Shown here piece after piece: positions 23,701-35,947 of a stretch of 64,000 nucleotides of DNA. Source of the stretch: Eledone cirrhosa (Eukaryota); assembly GCA_964016885.1 (NCBI GenBank), contig OZ024758.1, positions 14,136,001 through 14,200,000 on the forward strand, in the 5' to 3' direction. How positions within the stretch are numbered: position 1 is the stretch's first letter; every line of letters begins with the position of its first letter. The translations under genes and the position numbers were made by a program. The notes beneath the pieces are model-generated. The model had not been told where the DNA came from, made no database searches, and saw nothing but the letters and a program-made list of their open reading frames with translations.

Positions 23701-24749
23701 AGAAAAGGGTAAAAGATTGTGGGGCTAACGAGAGTATTCATCCCTCATATTTATAATGCATTTGCCCCACTGTACTACATTATGAAAATATGGACAATAA
23801 AGCAGTACTAACATACAAATTATCAGTAGAAAAATTTGGAGGGGTAATTAAATGTAAAGAAAATGAAACTAAAGATTTGATTTTCGATGGACTCAATGAA
23901 TTTCTATCTATATCAGCCCCTACACCTTCAATATTTTCAGTGGAATGCCGCTTAACAAGAACTTAGCTCAATGTGAAGTAGGTAAGAGTCCAACCAAGAA
24001 TCTAGTTTAAAGTCCCAATATGATCTCCATCATTTTTTTAAAGTTTCATTTTATTGTCGAGCCTTTCTCTTCACTGTAACTTTATTCTAATTCTATATAC
24101 CTAAAGTGAAATATCTTTAAGAGCTAAGGTGTAAGATTTACTTATTTTGAAGCATTCAATACTTCGAGAAAGTTAACTCCGAGTTTTACGTTCGCCATTG
24201 CTGCTGTTTCTAATTTTATTTTATACATAGAATTATATAAAATACATTTAACCCAACCTAACAGATAGCTAACGAGAGTGGCATGAGAAACGGAAGTCAC
24301 ATATTTTAAAACAGAAGAGCGGTTTTCAAAGGGGGAAATAATTGTAACTTATCCACGTGGTGGGTTAAGTTATAAGGAGAGAAAATAAATCATATATCTA
24401 TAACATGGAAATAAAACAGTGTATGTGTATATATATATATATTAAAAAATAGAGAGATTATAAACCTTATATGTGATAATAAAACAAAGTGTGCAGTTGA
24501 AGCAAAATTAGAAAATGAATACAAACCAACATACTGGTTAACTTCAATGATTTATTTTAATTATAAGGAAGCAAGTAAATCTGAAACGACACATTTGAGT
24601 CGTTTTATAGTTCTTTAGATAGTCAGTTTATCTCAAGTCAATTTTATATAGAACAGAATCAGAGATGGCATGATGGAATATCTGATACATATACAAGACA
24701 TTGTTTATCACTTACTTCCATTCTTTCATTAAAGTGTTCCCTGAATGGT

Positions 24750-25232
24750 TTATGCCACAAATTCATATGGGATTGGTTCCAAGACTGTGGGCTTATTTTT
24801 GGTAATTGACACGAAGTGCTTTTTCACGGGACCTGCAGGTTGTCTCTTCAAACAAACGCGGATTCCTTTAGCTTTTGCTTCAGCCTTCAGTTTACTGCAT
24901 TCAACGATTCTCTGGCGGAAATCTTGTTGACACTTGGATGGTTTTACGTGTTCGATCCTCAAATTGATTCTTTTGGGGATGATGCGATGTTTCACTCGTT
25001 TGTTGATGATAACACCGACAGCATGTTGTGTCACGTTGAAGACACGTCCGGTACGACCGTGGTATGATTTATGCGGCATTCCTTTCTGTACACCTCCATC
25101 ACCCTTAACATCGACCAAGTCGCCACGTTTGTAGACTCTCAAATAGGTAGACAGAGGAAGGATTCCATGACGGCGGAATCTCCTAGCAAACATGTGCCGA
25201 GTACCACGACGATAACCTTTGGTGTTAGTCAT
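24750..25232 (-). CDS. RPL21: 60S ribosomal protein L21 (eL21), copy A, intronless CDS
   Basis: 160-aa [15 protein letters not shown]...[14 protein letters not shown]...EPIPYEFVA. Probable 5'-UTR intron with donor cag|gtgagt at 25560 and acceptor at 25252. Confidence 0.95.
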   Translation of the reverse strand: MTNTKGYRRGTRHMFARRFRRHGILPLSTYLRVYKRGDLVDVKGDGGVQKGMPHKSYHGRTGRVFNVTQHAVGVIINKRVKHRIIPKRINLRIEHVKPSKCQQDFRQRIVECSKLKAEAKAKGIRVCLKRQPAGPVKKHFVSITKNKPTVLEPIPYEFVA

Positions 25233-25418
25233 TTTTGTAGAATATTAATTGCTGGTATAAAAATACAACGACTTTACCAAGTCTGGTGTAATTTCAGTCT
25301 CTGAAATCCTGTATATATTAATTTCTCTCGGCAACAGACCACGTTGTACGTCTGTACAATATGGTGGTCAATGTTAAAAAGAACGATTTTATCTCCCTTA
25401 GAATAAAATTTACACTTC

Positions 25419-25437
25419 CCCCGCTAGATGGTAGCAG
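25419..25437 (+). promoter_or_regulatory. CTCF-like motif
   Basis: ccgctagatggtagc matches the CCRCYAGRKGGCRS core apart from one position. Motif match only. Confidence 0.35.
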
Positions 25438-25901
25438 TAGTTCAGTTGGTTTAATTTAGCACTGAAAGGGGAGTAATAACGTATTGTAGCAGTTATTCTT
25501 CTTTAATAAAGGAATTATTACGATTTCCTCCCAGAATACTTAAAATAAAACTAGACTCACCTGTACAATCAGCGTAAATAGATAACCACTTATTGGCACT
25601 TAATCGCTCACCTCACTAGCTAGTTTCCGATATTGGTATCTTATATTGGAAAAATCAACAATTTATCATAAGATTTTTTCAAATCATTTAGTGATCATGT
25701 AAACCTCATTTTCTGGTAAAACATTCCAACACCCGACTAAGATTATTTTATGCCAATGTCCTCTCATTTAATTTATGTTTAGAGAGAAACTATTTGAAGC
25801 TATTATCCTTATTATTAGACTTTTTCTTTAATTCTCCCCCAACCTCTTTGTGGAGTGGGGTTTGACCTCAGATTGTCATCTGGTGACTACGTAAAGAAGC
25901 A

Positions 25902-25904
<3 letters not shown>

Positions 25905-25944
<40 letters not shown>

Positions 25945-26250
25945 ACACCAGGTCCGAATACAGAGGAGTCGAACCCCCACTGTCATCGCTTCCATCTCTC
26001 TCGCTATTATGAACAAATGGGGTCCCAGGTACTGGCCACCCCACGACCCCAGCGGACAGAATAGAGAAGGCGTTTCCCCGAAGGATGGTAAAGGAGATAG
26101 ATACACTGGAAGAGCCATTCCATCTCGCGAGGCTCACACCTGCGACTAGCCAGCTCAGCGCCTATGGTGGTGAGTAGGGAAGTAGCCCTAGGACCAAGGA
26201 CACCAGAGGTCTCCACCGCTAGGGACTCGACTGAAAACCTGTCAGAGAGC
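25905..26250 (-). mobile_element. CRE-like (restriction-like endonuclease) non-LTR retrotransposon 3' fragment abutting (CA)n
   Basis: Minus strand reads VETSGVLGPRATSLLTTIGAELA...EPREMEWLFQ / ISFTILRGNAFSILSA with one frameshift, resembling the C-terminus of CRE-clade elements. A second 3'-UTR copy lies at about 12283-12365. Confidence 0.65.
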
Positions 26251-29200
26251 GACTTATTCCATTATTCCAGAATGTGTACATACATGTGTAGTATTATGGG
26301 ATAGGAACGTTATTACTCTGACTTTAGAGGCAAACATTTCTTAGTTCGAATCCAGTTTAGTATTATGCACACCTCTAGGAATAAGACATCTGTTGTCGAT
26401 CGGAAATTAAACTGATCGAAACAGCTAGGTTTCATCTATTTATAGTTGAAGTTCCTAAATGTAATCGCAAATTCTATTTTGATATTCTCTTCCCTCTCTC
26501 ATCCGGATTCTTGTTTTCCGAACCACTACAATTCGCAAAAATCCCAAAGCAACATCAATCATCATCTTTTCTCTCCTTGAATTATGTCTTTTGTCTTTCT
26601 CCCTTCTCAGTAACCTCTTGCACTTTAGTGGCTTTATTGCCTTGCTTGGGCTGAGCAAAGAGAAGAGATTTCTTCTAGAAAAGGATAGAGAGTGAGAGAA
26701 ATGGAGTGAGAAAGAAATATAGAGGAAGAATCAACCCCAGTTCTTGACTGGTACTTATTTTAAGGACCTTAAATGGATGAAAGGCAAAGTTGGACATAGG
26801 AGGGATTTGAACTCAGGGAGAAGAGAGCCGAAATGAATACCATAAAGCATTCTATGCGACGTTCTAATGACTCTGCCAATTCGCTGCCTCAAATCATGGT
26901 TTGTCCTGCCGCCTGAATGCTGGTCGTTTCGCCCACCACACCGAGCTAAACTTGATCATCAAATGGGTCCTGGCACGGGTAAATATCCCCCTCAGTTCTG
27001 GAGCCGGTTGGATTATCCAGCAGTGTTGGGAAGAGACCTGACGGCCTTACTTTTAACTTTGTTCCTGAGTAAGAGGCGGGTGTCTAATCTGGGACGCCAC
27101 AGTGAGAATACAACGTATAATGTAGACCTAGACTGACAGATACACAAACCTAACAGAAGTGGGAGGTAGAAATTGAGAGAGCAGATATAAAGAGTAAAAC
27201 ATAGTTGTTTCTAATTATTGAATTTTTTCAACAGACAGAATTTATAGAACAAATATTGATAGTTTGATAGATGACTAGATAGATATTGATTGCATATAAA
27301 TTAAAATAAACAGATATAGGTTAGATTCAGATCGATACAAGTAAAGATTAATTCATATAATATATTTTATATATAACCTTCATTCTAAATTATTAATCCC
27401 CTTACCTGTTTTTCGACTATGCATTAATTTTATCGTAACTGATGCAGAGCTATCAACCCCTGTCCGTCGGGGAGATCTCCACCCACTTTGGGGTGGGTGA
27501 GAGATGTCTTCTCTTGTGAAGACATTATGTAAAATCTTCCCATTTTGCCTCAGTTCTCCCTGTTTGGGGGCACTTTTTTTCATGGTACTCCCCGTTTGGG
27601 TTTTTTGGAGGTTGGCAGGTCTGTTGATCTTTATTCCCAGGTCAGCTCTGATCAAGCAGACTTATCAGCAAAATCGTTTCATCTGTCAATCGTGAGCTGA
27701 ATCGATTTAATTGGTTTAATATAGGGCCCTTGGTCTCCGGCCAATAAACGAAATATTACTTAAGTGAGAGTGGACCCTTATATTCAAGGATTGCCGATTC
27801 AATTTTCTATACTCTTCAATAAAAATGTAGTTGTGTCTACCTTACTTTAATACGTGTTCTAACCGCGAGGCTGAGGTCATGTTGGGGCACGTTACAATAA
27901 TTATTAAAACAGGTTGGTTAGAAAACTATCGTTTGCGTTCTCTTCAAAATGAATACATACTTCTAATTAAACCAAACAACACATTCATTTGGCTTCCTCG
28001 TTCACTACAACAGCAACACAAAATACAATCAAAAGAAACCTGTGGTCGTTCATTTGAGCTGTTAAAAACAGCAGCCACATCTCCCTCAAACAACTTTACC
28101 TATCGCCTTTTAAAAAGGAACGTTAGATAATGATTTCTACTATAGGTAGAAGGCCAGAAATTTAAGGGGAGGGGAAAGTCGATTAAATCGACGCCAGTGC
28201 ATTACTGGTGCTTTATTTTTTTAATGCACCAGTAATGCATTAGATAATGTAGTCATAGCTACTCATAAAAAGACGGGGTGGAACGTCTTTGAATGTATGT
28301 TTGTTTTACCAGTGTTGAGCAGGGGCTAAGGAACATACCATCAACGGATTGAAATCAATGAAAGAATAAAGAGAAGAACGAGTTAAAAGACATTAAAATA
28401 CTTGCCAAAATGCCGGCGTTGAATTTTCGTTTGAAATGTTTGTTTGATGTCTTCTTCTCTTTAGCTTATTCATCCTTCTCGTTTGTTTTTTTCATCCTAA
28501 TTTCCTTTATCTATGTCTCTCCACCCTTCTCTATACTTTTATTTCTGACATCTTTTCAGAAATATTAAATCATATCTAGGAGTTTGTCGGTCGTCCGTGG
28601 TAACTTTATGTTTTGTGTGCAGCAAGTTGCTTCAAAACATGAAGGTCATTTAGATGTCTGAATTATTGGAATAATGCAGCTACTTATATATCGATTGATT
28701 TTTATACAAGGAGATGCAGAATAATTTAGGCATAACTACAGTTCAATGAGCCCACCATCACCACACACGATTTGATTTCCGATCAAATTTCTGATTAAGT
28801 GCATATTTTTAAATAACATTTTGCAAAGATGCGTTTCCGAGGGTGTAAATTACGATTTTACTGATTAATTTTTTTTTCTTCTTAAACTGGAAAAATTATA
28901 TAGCGATATACGGAGTTTTGATTTTAATAAGCAGATTATTTTTAATTCGTTTAATCACGATTATAATAAGCCACTGTGTATTTCTTTTTTCTTTTTAGTG
29001 CTTATGCCCCTTTTCAGGATCTCAGATTCTATGACATAGAACATAAGGGGGAGAAAGGTAGCCTCAAATGATAGACCTAGTCTAAATGCTTAAAGCAGAG
29101 TGGACTCCGATAGAGGGATTAAAGCTAGTCCTGGGCCGGTACTATATTTTATCGTCTTCAAAAGGATGGATGACTAAGTTGACCTCGGCAGCATTTATTC

Positions 29201-29631
29201 TCTGCACAGAGGGTCAAAACAAATACCATAATGCGTTTTGTCCTAAGCTCTAACGCCCCCCCCCCCCCCCTCCACCGATCTCTCTGTGCGTGCGTGCGTG
29301 TGTGTAGTTGCGTGTGTGCGCAATAAAAAAAAAAAAGGTCTTGCTGTAAATCTTTAATATTTTTTATGTGCAGCTTGTATAATAATTCTTACCTTTTGAC
29401 TCTTTCTCCCTTCCTCACTTCAATAGTATATAATACAATCAAATTATATACTTCTTTTTAACATTAACCAAATCGTAGTTAGCTAGCTGTATTCTATTTC
29501 TCACTCTAGATATATTTTCGTCTGTCGACCTCTCTACATAAAATAACAAAACCAAAAGGAAACAACGGTTTAATCAATACTCTTATCTTAATTGTATGTA
29601 GTTTTAATCTTATTATTTCTATTAATATTTT

Positions 29632-29714
29632 ACGCATGCGCAGTTCATTTGTCTAGTTTCACTTTTCTATTCGCTTGCAGTGACATCCGACAACGTTTGT
29701 TGACATAGGTAACC
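29632..29714 (+). promoter_or_regulatory. Putative promoter and non-coding first exon for RPL21 copy B
   Basis: NRF1-like acgcatgcgc at 29632-29641 and donor ag|gtaacc at 29709. It could splice to the acceptor ttttacag at 31448. Confidence 0.35.
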
Positions 29715-29925
29715 AATTTATTGTTCTTATCAATTCAATTTTATTAAAATAATTCACTGCAGTGATTTGTCGGTCATCATATATAATATTATTTCATTCC
29801 TGTAACAACTAGCCTGGAATATTCTATGGTTCGTTTGTTCGTTCATTGTTTCATTCATTGTGTGGAAGAGAAAGGAGAGAGAAAGTGGGAGAAAAATCTG
29901 TCTTATTTTATGTTCTTTTTCTTTG

Positions 29926-30111
<186 letters not shown>

Positions 30112-31465
30112 TGAGTGTCTGCGATACGGAGACCGGGTAGACCACAAATCAAGAGTAATATTCGATATATGGAATGATGCAGAGTGGATAGATAGATACA
30201 ATCCATTCATTTCTGCAAATATTCTGTACATATAAGTACAATTTATGTAATGGAAATAGTTTACAAAAGAAACTAATCAATAAAAATGAGTCAGGAAAAA
30301 AAAAAATATATATATATGCATATTCCCTCATTTGTGTGCATACACGGCACCGTGGGATGCTCATGTAGCCCTCTAACATTTTTTTAAGCGACCCAGAACA
30401 TTCTTAGCATTATTGCGGGTGATAGCGAGGCTTGGGTGCTACATTCATATCTATGATGCTTTATAAGAATATCAAATCGACTGCTGTGCTTGACTCAGAC
30501 TATATTTTATCGACCCCGGACAGGTGAAACTCTGGCCGCGCTCTAGCGATTCGGCCAATCTACAGTCAATATATACACGATTGCCTATCTCTTCTTACTT
30601 GTCCAGCTTGCTAGATTATTGAGGAAGGCAGACAGGAGGCCTGGGAGGCTTCAGTCCCATGACTTAAGAACACAGCATTGCGTCGAAATATCAAATCATT
30701 GCCATTGTGAACCCCTCGGAATATTTGACTGTATAATTCGTACATCCTCTCTCTCTCTCTCCCTCCCTCACTTATACGAATGCTGTATATATTATTAAGG
30801 CGTAAACGTCAACATAATATACAATTAGGAAGAAAAAAAAAAAAAACACAAGCAAGTAATACATACATCTAAGGACGACATACAACAAAAGGAAGGCGAA
30901 ATCGCTCCCGGAACACTTATACTATGTTACATATACAGGAATACGTTTTCTAGCCTTCTATGGTTTACCCGATATCCCTTTAACGCAATATACACACAAA
31001 AACACACATCATCTATCCACATATTCATCCCCCAACACACATTTTCTCTCCCTATCCATCTCCTCAAGACATTCTGTCACACATCTATATATATGAAAAC
31101 GAAAATATCTGTCTGTATGCAGGCGATACATTTCCAGTTCCCATCCGATTTTGTTCAAATTTTATACATAGGTTATTTAACTCCCGGAGCATTCCAACAC
31201 ATAGTTTAAATCTTTCTCTCCCCTAAAATAGCAGAGTTCTGGGGCTATTTAAAGACAGCCAGAGGTGAGAGGGGTCTTTATTTACAGTGGCGAAAGATGT
31301 GCCCGACAACGACGGGCTCTTTTGCTAGTTACACAATATAACTCTCTATTAGGCCATTCAATCCCAGGAATTTGATTTTTGTTGCTAGTTTTACTTCAAA
31401 TCTTTATTTTATGATATATTTATTTATGTGTTTGTTTGTTTTTTACAGTTTCACCCTAATTCAAA

Positions 31466-31948
31466 ATGACAAACACCAAAGGTTATCGCCGAGGAACCCG
31501 GCACATGTTTGCCAGGGGTTTCAGGCGCCATGGAGTTCTTCCGCTGTCCACTTACATGAAAGTTTATAAACGTGGCGACTTGGTCGATGTTAAGGGTGAC
31601 GGAGGTGTACAGAAAGGAATGCCGCATAAATCATACCACGGTCGCACCGGACGTGTCTTCAACGTGACACAACATGCCGTCGGTGTGATCATCAATAAAC
31701 GAGTGAAACATCGCATCATCCCAAAGAGACTGAATTTGAGAATCGAACACGTAAAACCATCCAAGTGTCAACAAGATTTCCGCCAGAGAATCGTTGAATG
31801 CAGTAAACTGAAGGCTGAAGCAAAAGCTAAAGGAATTCGCGTTTGTTTAAAAAGACAACCTGCAGGTCCCGTGAAAAGGCACTTCGTGTCCGTTGCTAAA
31901 AATAAGCCCACACTACTAGAACCAATACGCTATGAATTTGTAGCCTAG
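31466..31948 (+). CDS. RPL21: 60S ribosomal protein L21 (eL21), copy B, intronless CDS
   Basis: 160-aa ORF with 10 aa differences from copy A. A strong acceptor (tttgtttgttttttacag) lies 17 nt before the ATG. Confidence 0.95.
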   Translation: MTNTKGYRRGTRHMFARGFRRHGVLPLSTYMKVYKRGDLVDVKGDGGVQKGMPHKSYHGRTGRVFNVTQHAVGVIINKRVKHRIIPKRLNLRIEHVKPSKCQQDFRQRIVECSKLKAEAKAKGIRVCLKRQPAGPVKRHFVSVAKNKPTLLEPIRYEFVA

Positions 31949-32334
31949 TCACCGAAAAATGAATCGATTAGGTTAGCTACTCTTTTAAATATTAAGGTAT
32001 TTACTGTGAGGATTCTAACACTGACAGTTAAAGAATATATTCACTTGAATGAGACATACCGTAATCTGCAGTGTTTTGATAACTAATTCTTATTATTTCC
32101 CTTTACGTCTTGAGTTCAAATCCCGCCGAGGTTAGCTTTGCCTTTCATCCTTACGGGGGTCGATAAAATAAAGCACCAGTAATGCACTGAGGTCGATTTA
32201 ATCGACTTACCCACCCGTTCAAATTACTGGCCTTGTGCCTAAAGTAGAAACAATTATTATTTCTCTCTTTTTTCCCCACTTAATCTGGATTAAGTAACTG
32301 TACATTAAATTGCACGTTTATTTACACATACATA

Positions 32335-32440
32335 TATAGGGCGGCCCAAAAGTCACTAGACGATATTAAAATATAATTTTTTCAATTAAAAAGGGTTATT
32401 GTATTTTGAAATGGTCTAGCAATTTTTAGGCCACCCTATA
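32335..32440. mobile_element. Tc1/mariner-type MITE
   Basis: Imperfect TIRs tatagggcggcccaaaagtcactagac / gtctagcaatttttaggccaccctata with TA ends. Confidence 0.65.
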
Positions 32441-32601
32441 CACACACACAATATGGTGGTGGTGATGATGATACAGTTTGGGATCTGTGTCAAAGAATGT
32501 AAGTAATAATTTCAGATAGATGACAATAATAAAATTGTGTCTAAAAAACCATTAGATATATACCAACATAACCTGCCTCCACTCACACACACACACATAA
32601 C

Positions 32602-32757
32602 ATTTAATATTGAAATGGCTTTTACAAGACTAGAACTGTTTCATTCGAATGAAACAGTTCTAGTCCTGTACAAGCCATTTCTATATTAAATTTGATATTT
32701 ACACTACTAATGTATTGAGTACTATACTTACTGTGGTTACCCCCGATTGAACCCAGG

Positions 32758-32760
<3 letters not shown>
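32602..32760 (+). mobile_element. Penelope-like non-autonomous element with 90-bp 5' palindrome
   Basis: Palindrome 32602-32691 centred on ttcgaa. The body matches 34515-34630, and the tail (ggttacccccgattgaaccc) also occurs near 63800. All copies adjoin TA/CA repeats. Confidence 0.65.
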
Positions 32761-32799
<39 letters not shown>

Positions 32800-33580
32800 T
32801 AGTATTGAGTACTCTCATCTTTGTACTAGCTATATAAAAATGCTATTATATGCGTGTGTTGTTCTTTGCCCACATATTCTTGGGAGGGTCGTGGGGGCAG
32901 AGTCCTCAAGCATGCTTACCAGCAGGTCCTACCAGAAGCAACCGATCTCTCATGGGGGTCGATAAAATATAAGCACCAGTAATATACAGGGGCTGATTTA
33001 ATCGACTTACCCCTCTCAATAAATTGCTGGCCTAGAAATCATTAAAGTTTTGTATTATCTATAATATATAAGTGTGGCTATATTATCAAAAAGGCACTGG
33101 TCTTCTGACTTTGGCAAGTAATGGTTCATGCATGAACACACACAGAAAGAAAAAAACCCAGATTTATTATTATTATTCTCTTTTCTAATATTCTTTTGAA
33201 TTTAATTTTGATCGTTGTTTGATGGTTTTTTTACTGGGGAGGGGAAAAGTTGCCTACAAAATATTTACTGAACATTTTTGATGTAATTTATTTTAGACAC
33301 ATTTTTTACGTAATTTATTTTAATGTCGATGTTTTACACGGTTCTTTGAGAACAACAAAAAATCTTTAACATTCTTCGTATTCCTATTGTTGGAAAACAT
33401 TACAAAAAAAATAAAAAATAAAAAAAATAATAAAAAAAGAATTGATAAATTGATATTGGAATACTTCTTTCTTTTTTTCGGGATGTGTATGTTTTTATTT
33501 TCTCTCACACACAGATGCTCTTTTAAAAAGATTATAAACAAGAAATGTTTCTCTCTCACACGCACATACTCTTTTGTCTT

Positions 33581-33753
33581 TTAACCCTTTAGCATTTAAA
33601 CTGGCCATATCCAGCCAGAATTCTCTCATTTCTTTCTGCTCAAACTGGCTGCAACCGGCCACTAATACTGATGTTAAGGTATTGTTCTCAAAATAAATAC
33701 CAAAATCCTATACATTCGATATTATGTGAGGTAAAGCCTTCACTGTGAAAATA
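33581..33753 (+). mobile_element. piggyBac-type MITE, 3'-truncated
   Basis: Begins ttaaccctttagcatttaaactggcc. Confidence 0.8.
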
Positions 33754-34401
33754 TAAGCATGAAAGAACAAAAATCATCCATTTACAAGCATTAACAATTC
33801 AAGTAAATATAAAATTTTATCTCACCCATCTAATCCATATCAATATGGAAATACAGAGGTAGATTGTTGATTTAATTTTATTTCGTTTTGTCTTTTTTAA
33901 TGACAATCACAATGGCCATAGGATTTAATAAATAATTCAATAGATAAATATTCAAATTAATTTCTCTTTAAAAAAATACAGTTGATGATGATGAATTGAA
34001 TAAAGCCTCTTGCTTTAATAAACATAACTGTTGCTGTCATGCTGTTGAAGATAAGTAGCGAGTTACTGCAGGTTTTGAGCAAGTCCATGCAGTGATTTAC
34101 TTGGGTATACACATATTACAGATATATGTGTATATATAAATGTGGGCGACTTCCGTCTGTCCGTCACACAATGTTTGTGTGTGTAAAAGGAAGAGAGTGG
34201 ATGCTGAAAAAACTATAGCAATACAGTGACTGACGTTCCATTTGCTACATTGTGTGTGTATGTTTGTGTTAATCTGTCTGTGAGTGTGTATTTTTGTAAG
34301 TGAGTGTTTGCACATATTTATATACTCATACACATGAGTCAGCGTGTTGAAAAAAATCCTAGTGTATATAAAAGTTCAAAGGACCAAAATGTAGACGAAA
34401 G

Positions 34402-34440
<39 letters not shown>

Positions 34441-35159
34441 GGCCAATGACCTCTACCCATCCCCAACCAATACCACCATTATTACTATGACAGTTGGCTT
34501 TCCTGATGATTTCCTTTGAATGGAACGGTTCTAGTCCTGTAGAAGCCATTTCTATATTAAACATGATGTTTACACTCTACCAATGTATTGAATACCTTAC
34601 TGTGGTTACCCCCGACTGAACCTGGGACTCACACAAACGCACATACGTATATATATACTTTTATTAGAATGCTGTTAAAGTGTGTACACATTTGAAGGTG
34701 CGTGACTGAGTGGTAAGAGAATTGGAATCGTGAGGTTGTGAGTTTGATTCCTGGACCAGGTGTTGCGACCAATAGATAGTATTAGTAATTGTAAAGACCA
34801 ATGGAAACATTGTTTCCTCGGACCGATTTGACGAAAGTCAATCGACTGTTGATATATATGAGTGGGTATGTGTGTGTGTAAGGGGCAACCCGAATGTAAT
34901 GTTGCTACAGAAAAAATGTAGCAACATTTAGGTTGCTCCTTTCCATCCCCTCTCCCTAATTATCCAGTCCTCCCACCAAGTCTTCTCCCTTCCACAACTG
35001 ATTTCTTCCTCCCTGCATACTTCACCGTTCTGCTGCTGCAGTTTAGTCTTCCCTTATCCATGTTTCTGGCTAAGTTTCTATGGCTTGATGCCCTTCCTAG
35101 CGCTAACTGCATTTACTGTGTGCTGGGTGCTTTTTGTCACGACTCCTACATGACCACTT

Positions 35160-35198
<39 letters not shown>

Positions 35199-35290
35199 GT
35201 ATGTATGTAAAAGGTAAACAGAAATAACACAGTCGGTACAGTATATGGAAAGAATATATTAGGTTAACACTTGAAATAGTAGGAAGAGGG

Positions 35291-35326
35291 TCTTAATATT
35301 TCGGATGCTAGTCCTTCATCAGAAGA
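35291..35326 (-). ncRNA. Minimal hammerhead ribozyme motif (Penelope type)
   Basis: Minus strand reads tctt CTGATGA a gga ctagca tcc GAAA tat TA aga: core, stem II gga/tcc, tiny palindromic stem III. Confidence 0.5.
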
Positions 35327-35525
35327 AAGAATGAGAAATAAGATAGATTGAAGGGACGGGCGGGGTGGAATTGGAAAAAGACATGACAGGCTTCTAGACA
35401 GTTTCTGTCAACCAAATTTTCACAAGACATTGGTCAGCCCAAGACTATAGCAGAAGACATCTGTCCTATGTGCTACACAGAGGAATGGTGAGATGTGAAG
35501 CAAACATCATAATCCTCCTACCTGT

Positions 35526-35535
35526 TATATATATA

Positions 35536-35568
<33 letters not shown>

Positions 35569-35872
35569 GTACATACACATATATATATACATACATATAT
35601 ATATATATATGTACATACACATACATATATACATACATACATACACATACATATATATATATACATACATACATACACATACATATATATACATACATAC
35701 ACATACATATATATATATACATACATACACATACATATATACATACATACATATATATATATGTACATACACATACATATATACATACATACATATATAC
35801 ATACATACATACATATATATATATATGTACATACACATATATATATATGTACATACACGTGTGTGCGTGTGC

Positions 35873-35904
<32 letters not shown>

Positions 35905-35916
35905 GTACATACACAT
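35526..35916. repeat. Compound (TA)/(CA)/(TACA) microsatellite
   Basis: Directly visible; begins about 30 bp downstream of the zinc-finger gene stop codon. Confidence 0.95.
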
Positions 35917-35947
35917 AGATGAAAAATAAATAGATTTCACAATCTTA

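Noticed and set aside
24745-25304. Antisense ORFs over RPL21 (similar ORF at 31564-31764)
   Set aside because: Their similarity follows from the near-identity of the two RPL21 CDS middles.
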